Notes: generated from the letters alone by a model not told the origin. DNA of 64,000 nt from Pristiophorus japonicus (GCF_044704955.1 NC_091984.1:147250001-147314000); one strand, 5' to 3'; counted from the first letter of the stretch, positions 39,001 through 51,991 are shown. Numbers and translations are program-made.

Positions 39001-39965
39001 GTGGATAGAGAACTGATTGGCAGACAGGAAGCAGAGAGTTGGGATAAACGGGTCCTTTTCAGAATGGCAGGCAGTGAATAATGGGGTGTCGCAGGGCTCG
39101 GTGCTGGGACCCCAGCTCTTTGCAATATACATTAATGATTTAGATGAAGGAATTGAGTGTAATATCTCCAAGTTTGCAGATGACACTAAACTGGGTGGCG
39201 GTGTGTGCTGTGAGGAGGATGCTAAAAGGCTGCAGAGTGACTTGGAAAGGTGACTTGATGAGTGGGCAAATGCATGGCAAATGCAGTATAATGTGGATAA
39301 ATGGGAGGTTATCCACATTGGGGGCAAAAACACGAAGGCAGAATATTATCTGAATGGCGGCAGATTAGGAAAAGGGGAGGTGCAACGAGACCTGGGTGTC
39401 CTGGTTCATCAGTCATTGAAAGTTGGCATGCAGGTACAGCAGGTGGTGAAGAAGGCAAATGGTATGTTGGCCTTCATAGCTAGGGGATTTGTGTATAGAA
39501 GCAGGGAGGTCTTATTGCAGTTGTACAGGGCCTTAGTACACTGGAGTTTAGAAGGATGAGAGGGTGTCTCATAGAAACTTATAAGATTCTGACGGGACTG
39601 GACAGGTTAGATGCGGGAAGAATGTTCCCGATAATGGGGAAGTTCAGATTCAGGGGACACAGACTTAGGATAACGGGTAGGCCATTTAGGACTGAGATGA
39701 GGAGAAACTTCTTCACTCAGAGCGTTGTTAACCTGTGGAATTACCTCCCACAGAGAGTTGTTGATGCCAGTTCATTGGATAGATTAAAGAGGGAGTTAGA
39801 TATGGCCCTTACGGCAAAAGGGATCAAGGGGTATGGAGAGAAAGCAGGAAAGGGGTACTGAGGGAATGATCAGCCATGATCTTATTGAATGATGGTGCAG
39901 GCTCGAAGGGCCGAATGGCCTACTCCTGCACCTATTTTTTATGTTTCGATGTTTCTATGTTTCTA
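36080..39965 (+). mobile_element. Two fused CR1 LINE fragments (36080-37795 and 37795-39965), paralogues of 6680-8125 and 1600-3950
   Basis: KSPGPD, YMDFSKTFDKV, QGSVLGP and FADDTKL motifs; ATGTTTCT tail. Confidence 0.9.
36705..36958 (-). mobile_element. Solo LTR (Gypsy-like, 254 bp) present only in the right duplication arm
   Basis: TG...CA termini; on the minus strand TTTAAAA then AATAAA; absent at the left-arm equivalent (about 7490-7500). Confidence 0.75.
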
Positions 39966-41321
39966 TGGATCCACAGCCCTGTGGTGACCAGAACTGTACG
40001 CAGTACTCTAGCTGTGGCCTAACTAGTGTTTTATACAGTTCAAGCATAACCTCCTTGCTCTTGTATTCTGTGCCTCGGCTAATAAAGGCAAGTATCCCAT
40101 CTGCCTTTTTAACCACCTTATCGACCTGGCCTGCTACCTTCAGGGATCTGTGGACATGCACTCCAAGGTCCCTCCGTTCCTCCACACCTCTCAGTACCCT
40201 CCCATTTATTGCGTATTCCCTTGCCTTGTTGCCTTTCCCCAAATGCATTAGAACAAGGCTGCAGTTAGAGCAGCCTTTCCATCCACTGACAGCGCTCACT
40301 GAGTCTGACTCATGGCATCGATCAGTTGGACATTGATCTGGAAACACCAGCCCCCTGGTGAGGGAATCAAGGCTCTGATGCGACTGATAAAAGTCAAGAT
40401 GAGGTTGCGGAGAGGTACACAGCTGCTACTGGACACAATGAACAGGAGGAGGCCATTCAGCCCCTCGGGCCTGTTCCCCCATTCAATCAGATCACGGCTC
40501 ATCTGTATCTGAACTCCATCTACCCACCTTGGTTCCACAAGTTCCAAGGCCTATACTCTCTTGAGTTTAGAAGAATGGGAGAGGATCCCATTGAAACATA
40601 CAGAATTCTGACAGGGTATATGCAGGGCGGATGTTTCCTCTGGCTGGGGAGTCTAGAACCAGGGGTCAAAGTCTCAGAATAAGAGGTCGGCCATTTAGGA
40701 CTGAGATGAGGAGAAACTTCTTCACTCAGAGGGTGGTGAATCTCTGGAATTCTCTCCCCCAGAGGGCTGTGGAGTCTCAGGGGTCAAGTTTCAGGCCGCG
40801 CCTAGAACGGCGCAGCCCCGACATGGACGCCCGTTTTTCGTGCCTAAAAGTGCGACAAAAATGTACCTTGCAATTCTCGGGCTCCCTGCAGGTCCCTCGC
40901 AGCTCGGCGCGGCGTGCAGACATCAGCAGGGGGCGGAGCCACAGAGTCGCGTCAATTCTGCAAGTGCAGGGGGCGGGGCTAAGTCAAATGAGAGAACGTC
41001 CTGCCGACAGCCCTGCGCCGTGCGTGTTGGAGCACGCGTGCCCGCGCAGTAGCCCATAAACATTGGCACTCGGCCATTTTTAAAGGAACTTGAACAAATG
41101 TGGTGATTTGTCTCGTGGACCTCTGGAAAGGCTTGGGATTGAATTTTGGTGATTTTTTGATGTCTGAAAGAGTGTTTTTAGCAGCACTGTTGAAGAAATC
41201 ACCTGCTGATATCAGTGAATGCTGCTTTTCACCGCTAAACTTCCAGAACAGGTGCTGCATAGGTGCATGCAAAATAAGGACTGTGTGTTTTGAAAAATAA
41301 GAGTTTCAATTCAATACAGCA

Positions 41322-43077
41322 ATGGAAAAACGTCCACCAAGAACAAAGACTTTCTTGCATGAGGAAGTGGAGATGTTCATAAACGTCATTGAGCAGAGAT
41401 GGCAGGAGCTAGATACCAGCAACAGAGGTCGCATAAAAGTGCCACCTAAAGAAATGAAGAAACGTTGGAACCAAGTTGCAAAATAGATCTGGAAGCCAAT
41501 GTAAAAAGAAATGGCACGACCTTGGTCAAGTAGTTAGTGGGAATAATTTTTTCATTTTTTAATGTAATCGTAATTGTGATGTGACTATTTATATGTCCCT
41601 CCCTGCAGAAAGACGCACTTTGTAATAAGTTATATTTAACTCTTTGCCGAAGAAAGTGGCCCACAACAAAAGGGAAGCAACTCGAACAGGAGAAGGCACG
41701 CTCAATCTGCAGCAACTGACACCCTTGGAACGGAGGGTAGCTGCCATGATGAGTCGTACATGGAGAAAAGCATTCAGTACAGCACAAGCTGGGCCCACAC
41801 GCGAGGAAGAGGGTAAGTCCTGAAAATGCATCGTGGCCCTTGAAAATCAACCTACTGCCTGGCCTGCTATATGTGAGAGTACTCATGCCCCCCATCCTGC
41901 CCCCTCCCTTGCTGTTAAACATTTGACTGTTCTGATATATTTTGCAGAACATGATGATGATGATGATGCCAACCCTGAGGATCCTGAAGACACAGAACAA
42001 GAACCAGTACAACCAGATGTGGACGATCCAGACTGGATGCTGGCGGCGATGACTGAAATGTCTACAGGGGAGAACTTCCAAATTAATGTTTATGAGCCCC
42101 TATTAAGGGGCATCTGAGTTTCAACCCCTTGCATCGGATCTAGTTCCACCTTCCATGGTTTTGATTCCGACGTTGCGGGTCCCAGTGGTGCTGGTGATAT
42201 CATGAAGCAGTTTACAGCCAGTGCACCAGAGTCCAAGCCTGCGCCTCTCACTCGCATAGGTCCCGGTTCCACCTTCCATGGTTTTGATTCCGATGTTGTA
42301 GGTCCCACTGGTGCTAGTGATATCATGGAGTAGTTTACACCTATTCACCCACCGAGCGCCTAACCGTCCTAGCACGCGCCTCTCTCTCTAGTACTGCCGT
42401 CTGGAACACAGAGCATCCCACCGACCCAGCCCACGCCTCTCTCTCTAGTACTGCCGTCTGGAACACAGAGCGTCCCACCGTCCCAGTCAGCGCCTCTCTC
42501 TCTAGTACTGCCGTCTGGAACACAGAGTGTCCCACCGTCCCAGCCCACGCCTCTCTCTCTAGTACTGCCGTCTGGAACACAGAGCGTCCCACCGTCCCAG
42601 CCCGCGCCTCTCTCTCTAGTACTGCCGTCTGGAAAACCGCGCGTCTCACCGTCCCAGCCCGCGCCTCCCTGTGTAGTGGTGCCGTGTGGAACACAGAGCG
42701 TCCCACCGTCCCAGCCCACGCCTCCCAGTGTAGTGGTGCCGCGAGGCAGGCCCAGGCAGAGGAGAAGGAGATTGGAGACACGCTCTCCTGAGATGCTGCA
42801 TGCAACAGATGCGGCTCAGGTTGTGGCATTGGGTATGAAGACCAATGAGCTTACCCGATCACTCATCGGTAGCGTCAGTGCAGTGGGTGAAGAGGTGATA
42901 GTCCTGATGGGAGAAATAGCAGTAATGACACGGGAACTTAGGGAGGGAATGTCCAAGGGAGTGCTACCGACGGCACAGGCCGTCAGAAAGGGCATGCAAG
43001 TGAAGGCACAGGCCCTCATGGAGGTAGCTGCTGCAATAAGGGCACACAGCCCCGCCAATCAAATGACACCCCCATGA
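41322..43077 (+). pseudogene. Harbinger Myb/SANT-like protein (spliced; exons at about 41322-41537, 41652-41812, 41948-43077)
   Basis: MEKRPPRTKTFLHEEVEMFINVIEQRWQEL...KRWNQVA...QCKKKWHDL; KKVAHNKREATRTGEG...LTPLE; acidic/PST-rich linker; C-terminal amphipathic helix. Stops and a deletion are present. Confidence 0.8.
42375..42740 (+). repeat. 57-bp in-frame tandem repeat (about 6.5 copies, [19 protein letters not shown]), preceded by a 123-bp duplication, in the Myb exon
   Basis: CTAGTACTG recurs every 57 nt (42445, 42502, and onward); TTCCACCTTCCATGG occurs at 42144 and 42267. Confidence 0.9.
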
Positions 43078-43584
43078 AGAAGTGAACATTCACTGAGATG
43101 TGGATGAGAGATGGTTACAGCCGTTCTTTGCTGCTTTTGTTCTTGTTCTTGATGTAGCTGTAGCAGTGTTTTTCACTTGAAATTGTTTTGTAACTTTTGT
43201 AACTTTACAACTTATAAGTGATCTTAGGGTTTTTAAGTGATCTTATAGTGTAAATGCTCGCACTTTTTGTAACTTATTTAATTTTGCAACTAAAAAGTGA
43301 TCTTGAAGTTAAAGTGATCTTAAGAGTGTAAGATTTTTCACGTTGAAATTGTTTTGTAACTTTACAAGTTTATAAGTGATCTTAAAGTTTTTAAGTGATC
43401 TTCAAGAGTCATATTAAAAAGTAAAGTTTGATACAACAAATATTTTATTACAGTGACGTTAACTTTTCAATAAAATATGTTTTAATTAAAACTGAATCAT
43501 GTTCCATTAACACAACACAACATAGGAACAACTCCAAAGAATAAACATGTCCATGCGCAACAGTTGTTGCAGAGCCCTCAGGCA

Positions 43585-44800
43585 TCAGTAATTGAAGCGT
43601 TCACGGATGAGCTGGTGGCGCAGGGCTCGAGCAATTGTTAAAGGAGCACGATGGATGGCACTCCTCCGACCTCGTGCTCCGGCATCAGGCACTTGCATGC
43701 TTTCCTGATCGTCGTCATCATCCTCATCCTGCTCTTCCAAATTACTATCATCAGGCACTGGCCCCTCATGTGGATCTTCTGGTTCCACTACCAGCTCCTG
43801 CTGCCTCATGATGGCTAAGTTATGGAGCATGCAACACACAACAGTGAAGTGACCGACAATCTGAGGAGAGTATTGCAAGTGGCCTCCGGAATGGTCCAGG
43901 CATCGGAAACGCTGTTTCAATATGCCAATGGTCCTCTCAATGCTGCTGCGCGTCGCAATGTGCGCCATGTTGTATTGACGGTCAGCTTCCGTCCGTGTCA
44001 CATGTCGGGTCTTCATGAGCCAGGTGGCCAGGCCATACACTTTGTCTCCCAGTAGCCAGCTCTGCCCTTCTGGCTGCTGCCCAAACATGTCAGATATAAT
44101 GCTGTCGCGTCGGATGAAGGCATCATCTGTGCTGTCAGGGTATCTCGCATCGACTGACATGATGCGCTGCTTGTCGTCACACACGAGCGGTACATTGATG
44201 GAGTGGAAACCTTTTCTATTCCTGAACTGTTCAGAATCCTCCACAGGTTCTCACAAGGCGATGTGGGTACAATCAATGCAGCCCTGTACCTTTGGGAAGC
44301 CAGCAATCCTGAAGAAGGCCACAGCCCTCATGGATCGCTTGTGCGGTCATTGGGAAATTGATGAAGTCATTCCTCTGCACATACAGTGCAGCCGTGACCT
44401 GGTAAACGCTGGCATGAATTGCACGTTGAGAGATGGCGCACACATCTCCAGTTGTAGCCTAAAACGATCCCGAGGCATAGAAGGCAAGTGCAGCTGCTCC
44501 CTTCACTTCTACAGAAAAGGCAGTTGGTGTTCTGCTTCTGGGCTGCAAATCTGCTCTCAGAATATCACAGATCTCAACAACAACTTCTCTGTAGAAACGT
44601 AGCCTTTTGACACAATCAGCCTCGCTCATGTCCAGGTACCAGCGCCTGGCTCGATATTGCCGATGTGGGTAAGGTCTCCTGCCCATCAGCCTACGGGCTA
44701 TGATGTTCCTGGTGCGGTGAGCTCTAATCAATTCTCTCCTATGCAGTGAATTGCTGGTGAACCATTGCATAATCCGTGGTGTTGACAATGCAGCACCCAT
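43585..44800 (-). pseudogene. Harbinger DDE transposase (HARBI1-like, DDE_Tnp_4), frameshifted
   Basis: ALAFYASGSF, IDCTH, RNRKGFHSINV, LLGDKVY, IERTIGILKQRFRCL and CCMLHN motifs. Confidence 0.93.
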
Positions 44801-45817
44801 TCTGCAATTACAAATTTAAGTTTCAAACTGGCTAGCTGGCTGCCTCTCCCTCCCGGTGCTTTGCACGCCTACCCTGTCCCCTGGCCAAATAGCCTCAGTT
44901 ACCCTCGCAGCTCGAAGGCTGCTGGCTGTGTCTTCGGCCGCCGTCAGCCACTGCTGCCTCCCCTATCCTGTGGCCGAATAGCCCAGCCTCGCTCGCAGCT
45001 CGAAGGCTGCTGGCTGTGTCTTCGGCCTACGTCAGCCACTGCCGCTGTCCCTATCCTGTGGCCGAATGGCCTCAGTTACTGTTAGATCTCTTAATTCCCA
45101 ATGAAATACGAACTCCGACTGTAGTTTTAATGTAACTTTATTCTGGCAGCAGCAACAAGCTTCTGGCTTTAAGCCAGGCCTTTGTCCTTCTGAGACCACA
45201 TGGCCAAAATGGCTGTACTTATACCTGGTTCAATTTACAGAAAAGAACTCACGTTCTTTGACCTTATTGGCTCAATTGATAGTCTTTTAACCTTTAATTG
45301 GCTCACTACCCAAGGTCATAAAATATCAAGTTGATTGATGACTTAATGCAACATGCTGAGTAGCACGTAGCAGCTTTGACTTGGGGTCTGTGAATTTTCA
45401 CAAAACTGCAGCCAGGCTGCAGAGCTTGAATATTCTATCAATCCCCACTTTGATTCTTTCACAAACGGAATCATAAAACATCAGCTATCACTGGTTAAAC
45501 ATTCTACAAAATAATGTCATAAATGTTAATAGAGTTTCCTTCTAAAATTTGTTGATATGTTTCGCCACATGTCCGGACTAGTAGCTTCCATACAAATTTA
45601 TACCAACCCGAGTACCATCGTGGCCACAATGGAAGTCTGGTTTTAGTAGGTTAATTAACCTTATTCCAATTTAATCTAAATCAAAATCTTAATTCAACCA
45701 GTAAACAACCTTCCCTTAAGCATAACATATCCCTGTGCCACGTACAGACGGTGGGACCTGCAAGGTGTCTCACATGTGGGACAGCAGCTACAGTCACTTG
45801 TTTGCAACAACATTTAA

Positions 45818-46661
45818 TCAACATAAACAAAAATATAAAAGTAAAATAATTACAACGACTAGAATTAAACCTTCCACCAATGAAGTTCCTATTGAACCTA
45901 GCCATTCAGTGGCTCCACTCCACAAAGTGAATGATGGGGGTTGCTTAAATTTTTCTACCTCCTTTTGGATATGCTCCGCTAAGTGGGTAATTTCTTCGAA
46001 GCTATCAGGGATATACGTGCAACACTCAGTTCCGAGTAGGGCGCAAGTACCTCCCTTTTCAGCCAGGATGTAGTCAAGGGCCAGTCTATTCTGTAGGGCT
46101 ACTGTGCGGATTGCGATCATTTCTGCATTGATTTTAACTAGGGCCACTGAGGTATCATTGGCTACCCAGTTCCACAACGGTTGCCATGTTAATGGATTCC
46201 CTTGCCAGTTTGGCGGTCCCATACCTGGGGATCAGAATGGCAAAGAACTTCTCTGTTTCTGTGATAGCTCTCTTAGGATGGAGTAAATGTTCCGACAGTG
46301 ACTCTATATGATACATATATAGCACAATGTAGGCTAAATAGCAGGATCCCGTCCAATTCTGGGGCAGCCAAGGGTAGGCCTTGTGGCCACACACCCAATA
46401 GGTGCCATTATAGGCAATGAAGGTTAGCTGTTTCTTTGTCAGCAACACTCCGGGACCTGTCCAGGCTTTTCCATCTGTTTTATTCAGAATCCCCGTTACG
46501 TTAAGAATTCCCACATCGGTCCAGTTTGGACAGTTCCGTGGCTTGATTATATTATAATTCCGGGAGCAGTTACTATTTCCCTTTGATGCAGAGGGTCGGC
46601 TAGTAAGAAGTAGGCCTATGCCTAGACTGCCTACAATCAGTAATACAGTAAATTTATACAT
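45818..46661 (-). pseudogene. env: ERV envelope, gamma-type TM with a short SU
   Basis: Signal peptide MYKFTVLLIVGSLGIGLLL; YWVCG...WTGSCYL; cleavage-like HPKR; immunosuppressive domain LQNRLALDYILAEKGGTC; CX6CC; TM LILVVVIILLLYFCLC. Confidence 0.92.
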
Positions 46662-46685
46662 TTTGGCAAAAAGTAATTGTCCTTA

Positions 46686-49600
46686 CTAGATTTCAGCTTC
46701 AGTTACAGGTGCTCGTTTAACGTGTGAAGCATGGATCCAGGCTTTCTTTCCTTGGACTTTAACAGCTGCCTGGGTGGTCAATAACACTTGATAAGGACCC
46801 TCCCATTTGGCACCCAAAGGTTCTTGTTGCAACTTTTTCACATACACCCAGACTCCCGGGATGATGTCATGTCCTCCTTCAGGTGGATTACCCCAAGCTG
46901 CCGATACCTGTCGGGAAACAGAACTAGTAGCATTGGTTAAGTTCTGACAGTATGATAACAAAGTGTCACTCATTAAGTGAACATCAGCTTTCCTTAAATC
47001 ACTAGATCCTGGCAGCGACATGGGTCTTCCTGTTATAATTTCAAATGGGCTTAGACCTGTAGTTCTGTTCGGGGTTGCCCTAATGCTACATAGCACTATT
47101 GGTAGTGCCTGGGGCCATGGTGTTACTTCTTGGTGATATTTGGCAAGCCGTTGTTTCAGAGTTCGATTCATTTGCTCTACTTGTCCTGATGATTGTGGAT
47201 GATAAGGACAGTGTAAATCCTACGTAATGTTCAGTAACCTACAGACTTCTTGGCAGACAGCACCTGTGAAGTGTGTTCCCTGATCTGAGTCAAGGCTAAT
47301 TGGGACTCCCCATCGGGGAATGTAATCCTTACATAAGACCTTTGCAATGTGATTGCCTGTGGCTCTTTTAGTTGGGACAGCTTCTACCCATCTAGAGAAT
47401 CTGTCGACCATGACAAGAATGTTAGTGTATCCTTGGAATGAAGGAAGAGGTATATAATCAACCTGCAGATGCTGGAATGGTCTGACAGGGGCAGGGAGCC
47501 TCAGTTGGGGCATTACCGTGATGGGTCCAGAATTATTTTTCTGGCACACCACACAGCGGTCTACTACCAGCTGGGCATGTTTTTTAAATCCCCAACCCCA
47601 CCAGCTTTTCTGGAACCATGCCGTCATCTGTTGTGAGGCCAAGTGTCCCCACGAGTGGATCTGTTGGGCTAAAAAAGGCATAAGCGCTTGTGGCGTGACT
47701 GGCTTATCGGTAACTCTTTGTCTTCAGACACCATCTTCATATAGCTTAATTCCTGCCTCAATCCATGTCCATTTTTCCTCTCGGGAGCGCTCGCCTTGCA
47801 TTGTTTGAAGGTCTCATGTCAGAATCCTGAGTGCTTTCAATCTGCACTTCTGTGTTGGTTCTTCTGGAGGAACGCCGTGTGAGGCAGCATCTTTAGCTGC
47901 CTGGTCGGCTAGGGCATTTCCCTGAGCTTCTGTGGTATTTCCTTGGTATGGGCTTTACACTTCAGGATGGACACTTCCTGAGGTAATTGTATGGCCTCTA
48001 GTAAGTCTCGGACTTCTTTTCCATTTCGGATAGGTGTACCAGCAGCAGTGAGGAATCCCCTTTTCCGCCACAGCAGACCAAAGTCGTGGGCGACTCCAAA
48101 AGCATAACGTGAATCTGTGTAGACATTAGCTGTCTGTCCTTCTGCTATTCAACATGCTTCTGACAGGGCCAGTAACTCGGCCTGTTGTGCTGACATTCCT
48201 GAGGATAAACATCCTTTTGCCAGTACCTCATATAAGGTTGTAACTGCCCATCCTGCTTTTCTGGTACCATTGTCAACAAAGGAGGAACCATCTGTAAACA
48301 AGATGAGGTCTGGGTTGTGCAGAGGGTCCTCTGCTGCTAAGGCTGCTTCTTCTGTTTCTTTTAAAATCTCCACGCAGTCATGCTCTTCACATTCCCCCCC
48401 CTCTTGCTCCCTCGATTCTGACATCGGGAGCATAGTTGTGGGATTAACTGGGCTGGCCCGGATGATACGGAGATTAGGAGCTTCCAAAACTGCTGTCCAG
48501 CGGGTCCATCTAGCTGCCGTCACCTGAGACATTCTATTCATAGACAGCAAAGCATGTATGGTGTGGGGACACTTGACAATCAGCTTTTGGTCGAGAACTA
48601 GACCCGCAATGATCATTACCGCTCGATATGTAGCTTCCATAGCCCTTAGGCAACTTTCCCATCCGAGGGCTACCGCATCCATTTTTGCCGAATAATAGCC
48701 AATAGGTCTTTGCCGATCCCCATGTTCTTGTGTCAGTATAGCTGTCATATATCCTTCTTTGTCATGGACAAACAGGGTAAATGGCTTATCACTGTCGGGG
48801 ATTCCCAGAGCCGGTGCCGAACACAAAGCCTTTTTCAAACTCAGGAAGGCCTCTTGTTGTTCCTTAATGAGGGTGATGGCTTCTTTAGAAACACCTTTCT
48901 CCCTTAAGATATCATTCAATGGCTGAGCAAGCTGTGTGAAGGAGTCAATCCAATTTCTGTTAAAGTTTCACAATCCCAAAAAAGACCTTAGTTGCTGAAT
49001 AGTGGTGGGTTTTTTAGCAGCCTGATTGGCTGCAGTTATATCCTGGGTAAGTTCTCTCTTTCCTTGTGAAATCTTTTGTCCCAGGTATACAACCTCTTCT
49101 TGGGATATTTGTGCTTTGTCGATGCTGGCTTTATGTCCTTTCAGCCAAAGGTGGTCCAGCAAAGCTCGTAAATCTTGTTCATGTTGTTCTTCCGTGTTTG
49201 AAGCTAGCAGGATATTGTCTACATATTGGATGACTGTGGATGACAGGGGAGGTAATTCTCGCAAATGGCTTTGTAAAGCCATGTGGAATACCGTAGGGCT
49301 GTTGTGGAAACCCTGCGGTAACCGGGTCCAAGTATACTGTTGTCCTTGGACCGTGAAAGCAAACCAGAGGCACCGACCAAAATCCGTTGGCCATATCTAT
49401 AACTGAGAAATATTTATGTTCCGGTTTGAGGGCATTAAAAATGGTGGAGGGATCTGCGACCAAAGGAGCTTTTTGATCAATACACTGGTTAGCTTTCCTA
49501 TAATCGACAGTCAAACGCCAAGTCTCATTAGATTTCTGTACCGGCCACATGGGGCTATTGGAGGAGCTATGCATTTTAATAAGCACCCCTTGTTTCTCCA

Positions 49601-50150
49601 ATTGCTGAATAACAGGTAAGATTCCCGTGATGGCAGTTGGACTGATGGGATACTGTTTAGTGCATGGAGGCTTGGTCCTGGTAAATGACACAGGCTCCAT
49701 CTGGAGTTGGCCACAATCGTTCTTATCTTTAGCCCATATCGGGTGTTCCTTCAATTCTTCTTTCTTCAAAGTTCTAATTGACCATGTCACCCGACCATCC
49801 TCGAAATGCAACGATGAATCTACTTGGATTAGAACGTCCATTCCCAAAAGGGGCTGATCTACTGGGCCTATCCAGACCGGCCTGGTTAGTTCATGTGGAC
49901 CCAGCCCTATAAGTACCGGTATTGTCCTTTTAATTTCCATTTTATGGCTCCCAACTCCTTAGACTGTACGTGCCCTACCATCCAACGACAAAAAGTCTCC
50001 ATATTGTAGGGGTAAGCATGTTAATTCCGCCCCTGTGTCTAAAAGACAGTCCACATCCTTATCGCCCACCCTCACAGTTATATATAGCCCATCTCCCCTT
50101 TGTTGAATTAGTGCGAGGAGGTGGACCAGGGTGGGCTCTAATCGTTTTTT
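46686..50150 (-). pseudogene. pol: ERV pro-pol (PR, RT, RNase H, IN), fragmented
   Basis: PR LLDTGAE; RT WRLTVDYR, VIDMANGFWSVP, QGFHNSP, YVDN; RNase H FTDGSS and SAQQAEL; IN HHCC, LQVDY, DSDQGTHF and GPY. Confidence 0.95.
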
Positions 50151-51708
50151 GCTATCCCAAGTAACTCCTTCTGTTGTTGTATTGTCAGTCGCTTAAATGC
50201 TTCTATGAGGTCGGTATTTTGTGACAAGCCTGGTTTGTTGGCTGAATTGTATCCCTGGCTGTGTCCTCTTTCCCGGCCGCGACCTTGCTATTTTGCCCTG
50301 CACGTCTTGGCCCAGTGACCTTCTTTCCCACAATAATGACATTTTCCCGGTAATTTTCCTTATAAATATTTATCGGAATCCTGTGATTTCCATCCCATAG
50401 CCTGTACAGCTCGGACTTTAGCTCCCATATCCCGATCTAATTGGTTACATCGATCCACCAATGCTGCAAAGGTAGTTCCTCTACCTTCCCAGTCCGGTAA
50501 CACTACCTTAAGCATTTTGGACAGTTCTGGCTTTTGACCTGCCACGAAAGCTGCTTTCAGGGGTCCAAACACTTGTTCATCCATTTCCTCATCCATATTA
50601 TTCATACCCGAATGCCGAATGTTCTAGCCACGTGCATCTAAACCGCTCGGCAAACTCCAGGACCTCCTCTGTTCCTTTCTGTTGGCAGGCTGCAATTTTT
50701 TCCCAGTCTGTCTTAGCTGGACTGAAGGCTTGCAGCCAGTGTTTAATCGCCTCCCACCCTGTGTCTAATTCTTGCTCATCCTGCCCCAAAGCTTCTTCTA
50801 TCTTGTCGTGCAGTTTTCTTCCCTGTGTTTTTGGCACCATTATGGTCAAAATTTGCACTCCGTCCCAGGGATGACGTTGATATATATTTCTTAAGCGGTC
50901 CAATTGGTCCCACGTTTTTACTCCCCCTTTCTTTGGATTGGGCAATTCCTTGGACCTTTTATCAATTTTCTCTGGGTCTGCCGGATCATGAACTAAATAT
51001 TCTGCATACCCCCTTTTCTTCGTTTTTTTGGTTCCGCCCTCATCCGCAGTCTCTTCTGATTTGACTAACAACTCGTCTTTTTTTAAATGGGGCAAAGCGC
51101 ACCCCTAATTCTTCATCCTCCGACCCTGTATCGTCGGAGGATTCAGAATCCGTATCTATTCCTCGGTCGTGTCTTCGGGTTTGCTCTTTTAATTTATCCA
51201 AACATGGGTACCCTGGGAATTGACCGATACATTTTCCTTTTCCTATTACTGTCTCTTGACCGAATGATTTTTTCCATTCTTTAATTTCACCTTTAAGATC
51301 TTTAACTTCCGCTTCCGATTTTTCAAGTTCAAGTCTTGTCTGTCGCAGCTGTGCACAAACAGCTTGCAATTGGTCCTTTGTACTGGTCAGTTCATCATCA
51401 TGTTGGGAACGCATTATAATTTCATTCCGCTTTCGGATCTGTCCCATAACGGCTAGGGACCATCTAGTTTGCTCTTTATTTTTCATACGGGTCGTTTTCC
51501 CCCAGACCCTTTTAATCTCGTCCAAGGACCATTGTCCTTTGGAGGTACCGTATTTTTGTTCGATCTTAATATGGGTTTTAGATAAGTTGAATTGTTGCTC
51601 TATGTATTCTTTCAACTGTTGGAGGATTTCATCTTTCGAAACCTCAGATGGTGCCTGCCCGCCTTTAACAGTTGTAGGCAATTCTTTGCTCTTATCTCCT
51701 GCTGCCAT
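50138..51708 (-). pseudogene. gag: ERV gag with a single CCHC knuckle
   Basis: ATG at 51708 after the PBS and leader; coiled coil; capsid-like CQQKGTEEVLEFAERF; CHYCGKEGHWAKTC; TAG at 50140-50138. Confidence 0.85.
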
Positions 51709-51973
51709 AATACTGATTTCTTTACTGGGGTCTCGAGTCGTAGGCTTTCCAGCCGATGTGTGGGTCGGTGATTAATTAACTAACACAACGCCGAAGTTAG
51801 ATGTCTATGGGACCTCGAGCCGACTACCAACCGGAGGGTTCACAAACCGGAGGCTTTTGGAATCGCGTCGAAGGAGAGGCAAATTTAGACTTTTGACCGA
51901 GGACTTTTATAAAGAGGCATCCTTACCTCAGTATGTCGGTCCGATGTCCAAAATTCAGTTTCTTCCCTCAGCG

Positions 51974-51991
51974 ATCGTGTTCGTGACGCCA
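51974..51991 (-). promoter_or_regulatory. Primer binding site, tRNA-Ser(CGA)-type
   Basis: TGGCGTCACGAACACGAT lies 4 nt downstream of the 5' LTR and matches the recalled vertebrate tRNA-Ser(CGA) 3' end with about 1 mismatch. Confidence 0.75.

Larger units (their letters stand above)
34560..41545 (-). repeat. Right arm of an inverted segmental duplication of 1-12045
   Basis: The same ordered TE mosaic and junctions occur in reverse complement, and the mirrored ORFs are near-identical (1221-1604 vs 39955-40347; 11207-11560 vs 35076-35405; 11570-11866 vs 34744-35040). Confidence 0.95.

Noticed and set aside
1-41545. Inverted arms as TIRs of a giant transposon or virus (Polinton, Teratorn)
   Set aside because: The arms are mosaics of ordinary decayed TEs, and the spacer shows no polB, capsid, ATPase or herpes-like genes.
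43585-44800. Domesticated host HARBI1 gene
   Set aside because: It is frameshifted, bounded by TIRs and a TSD, and paired with a Myb gene, so it is a transposon copy.
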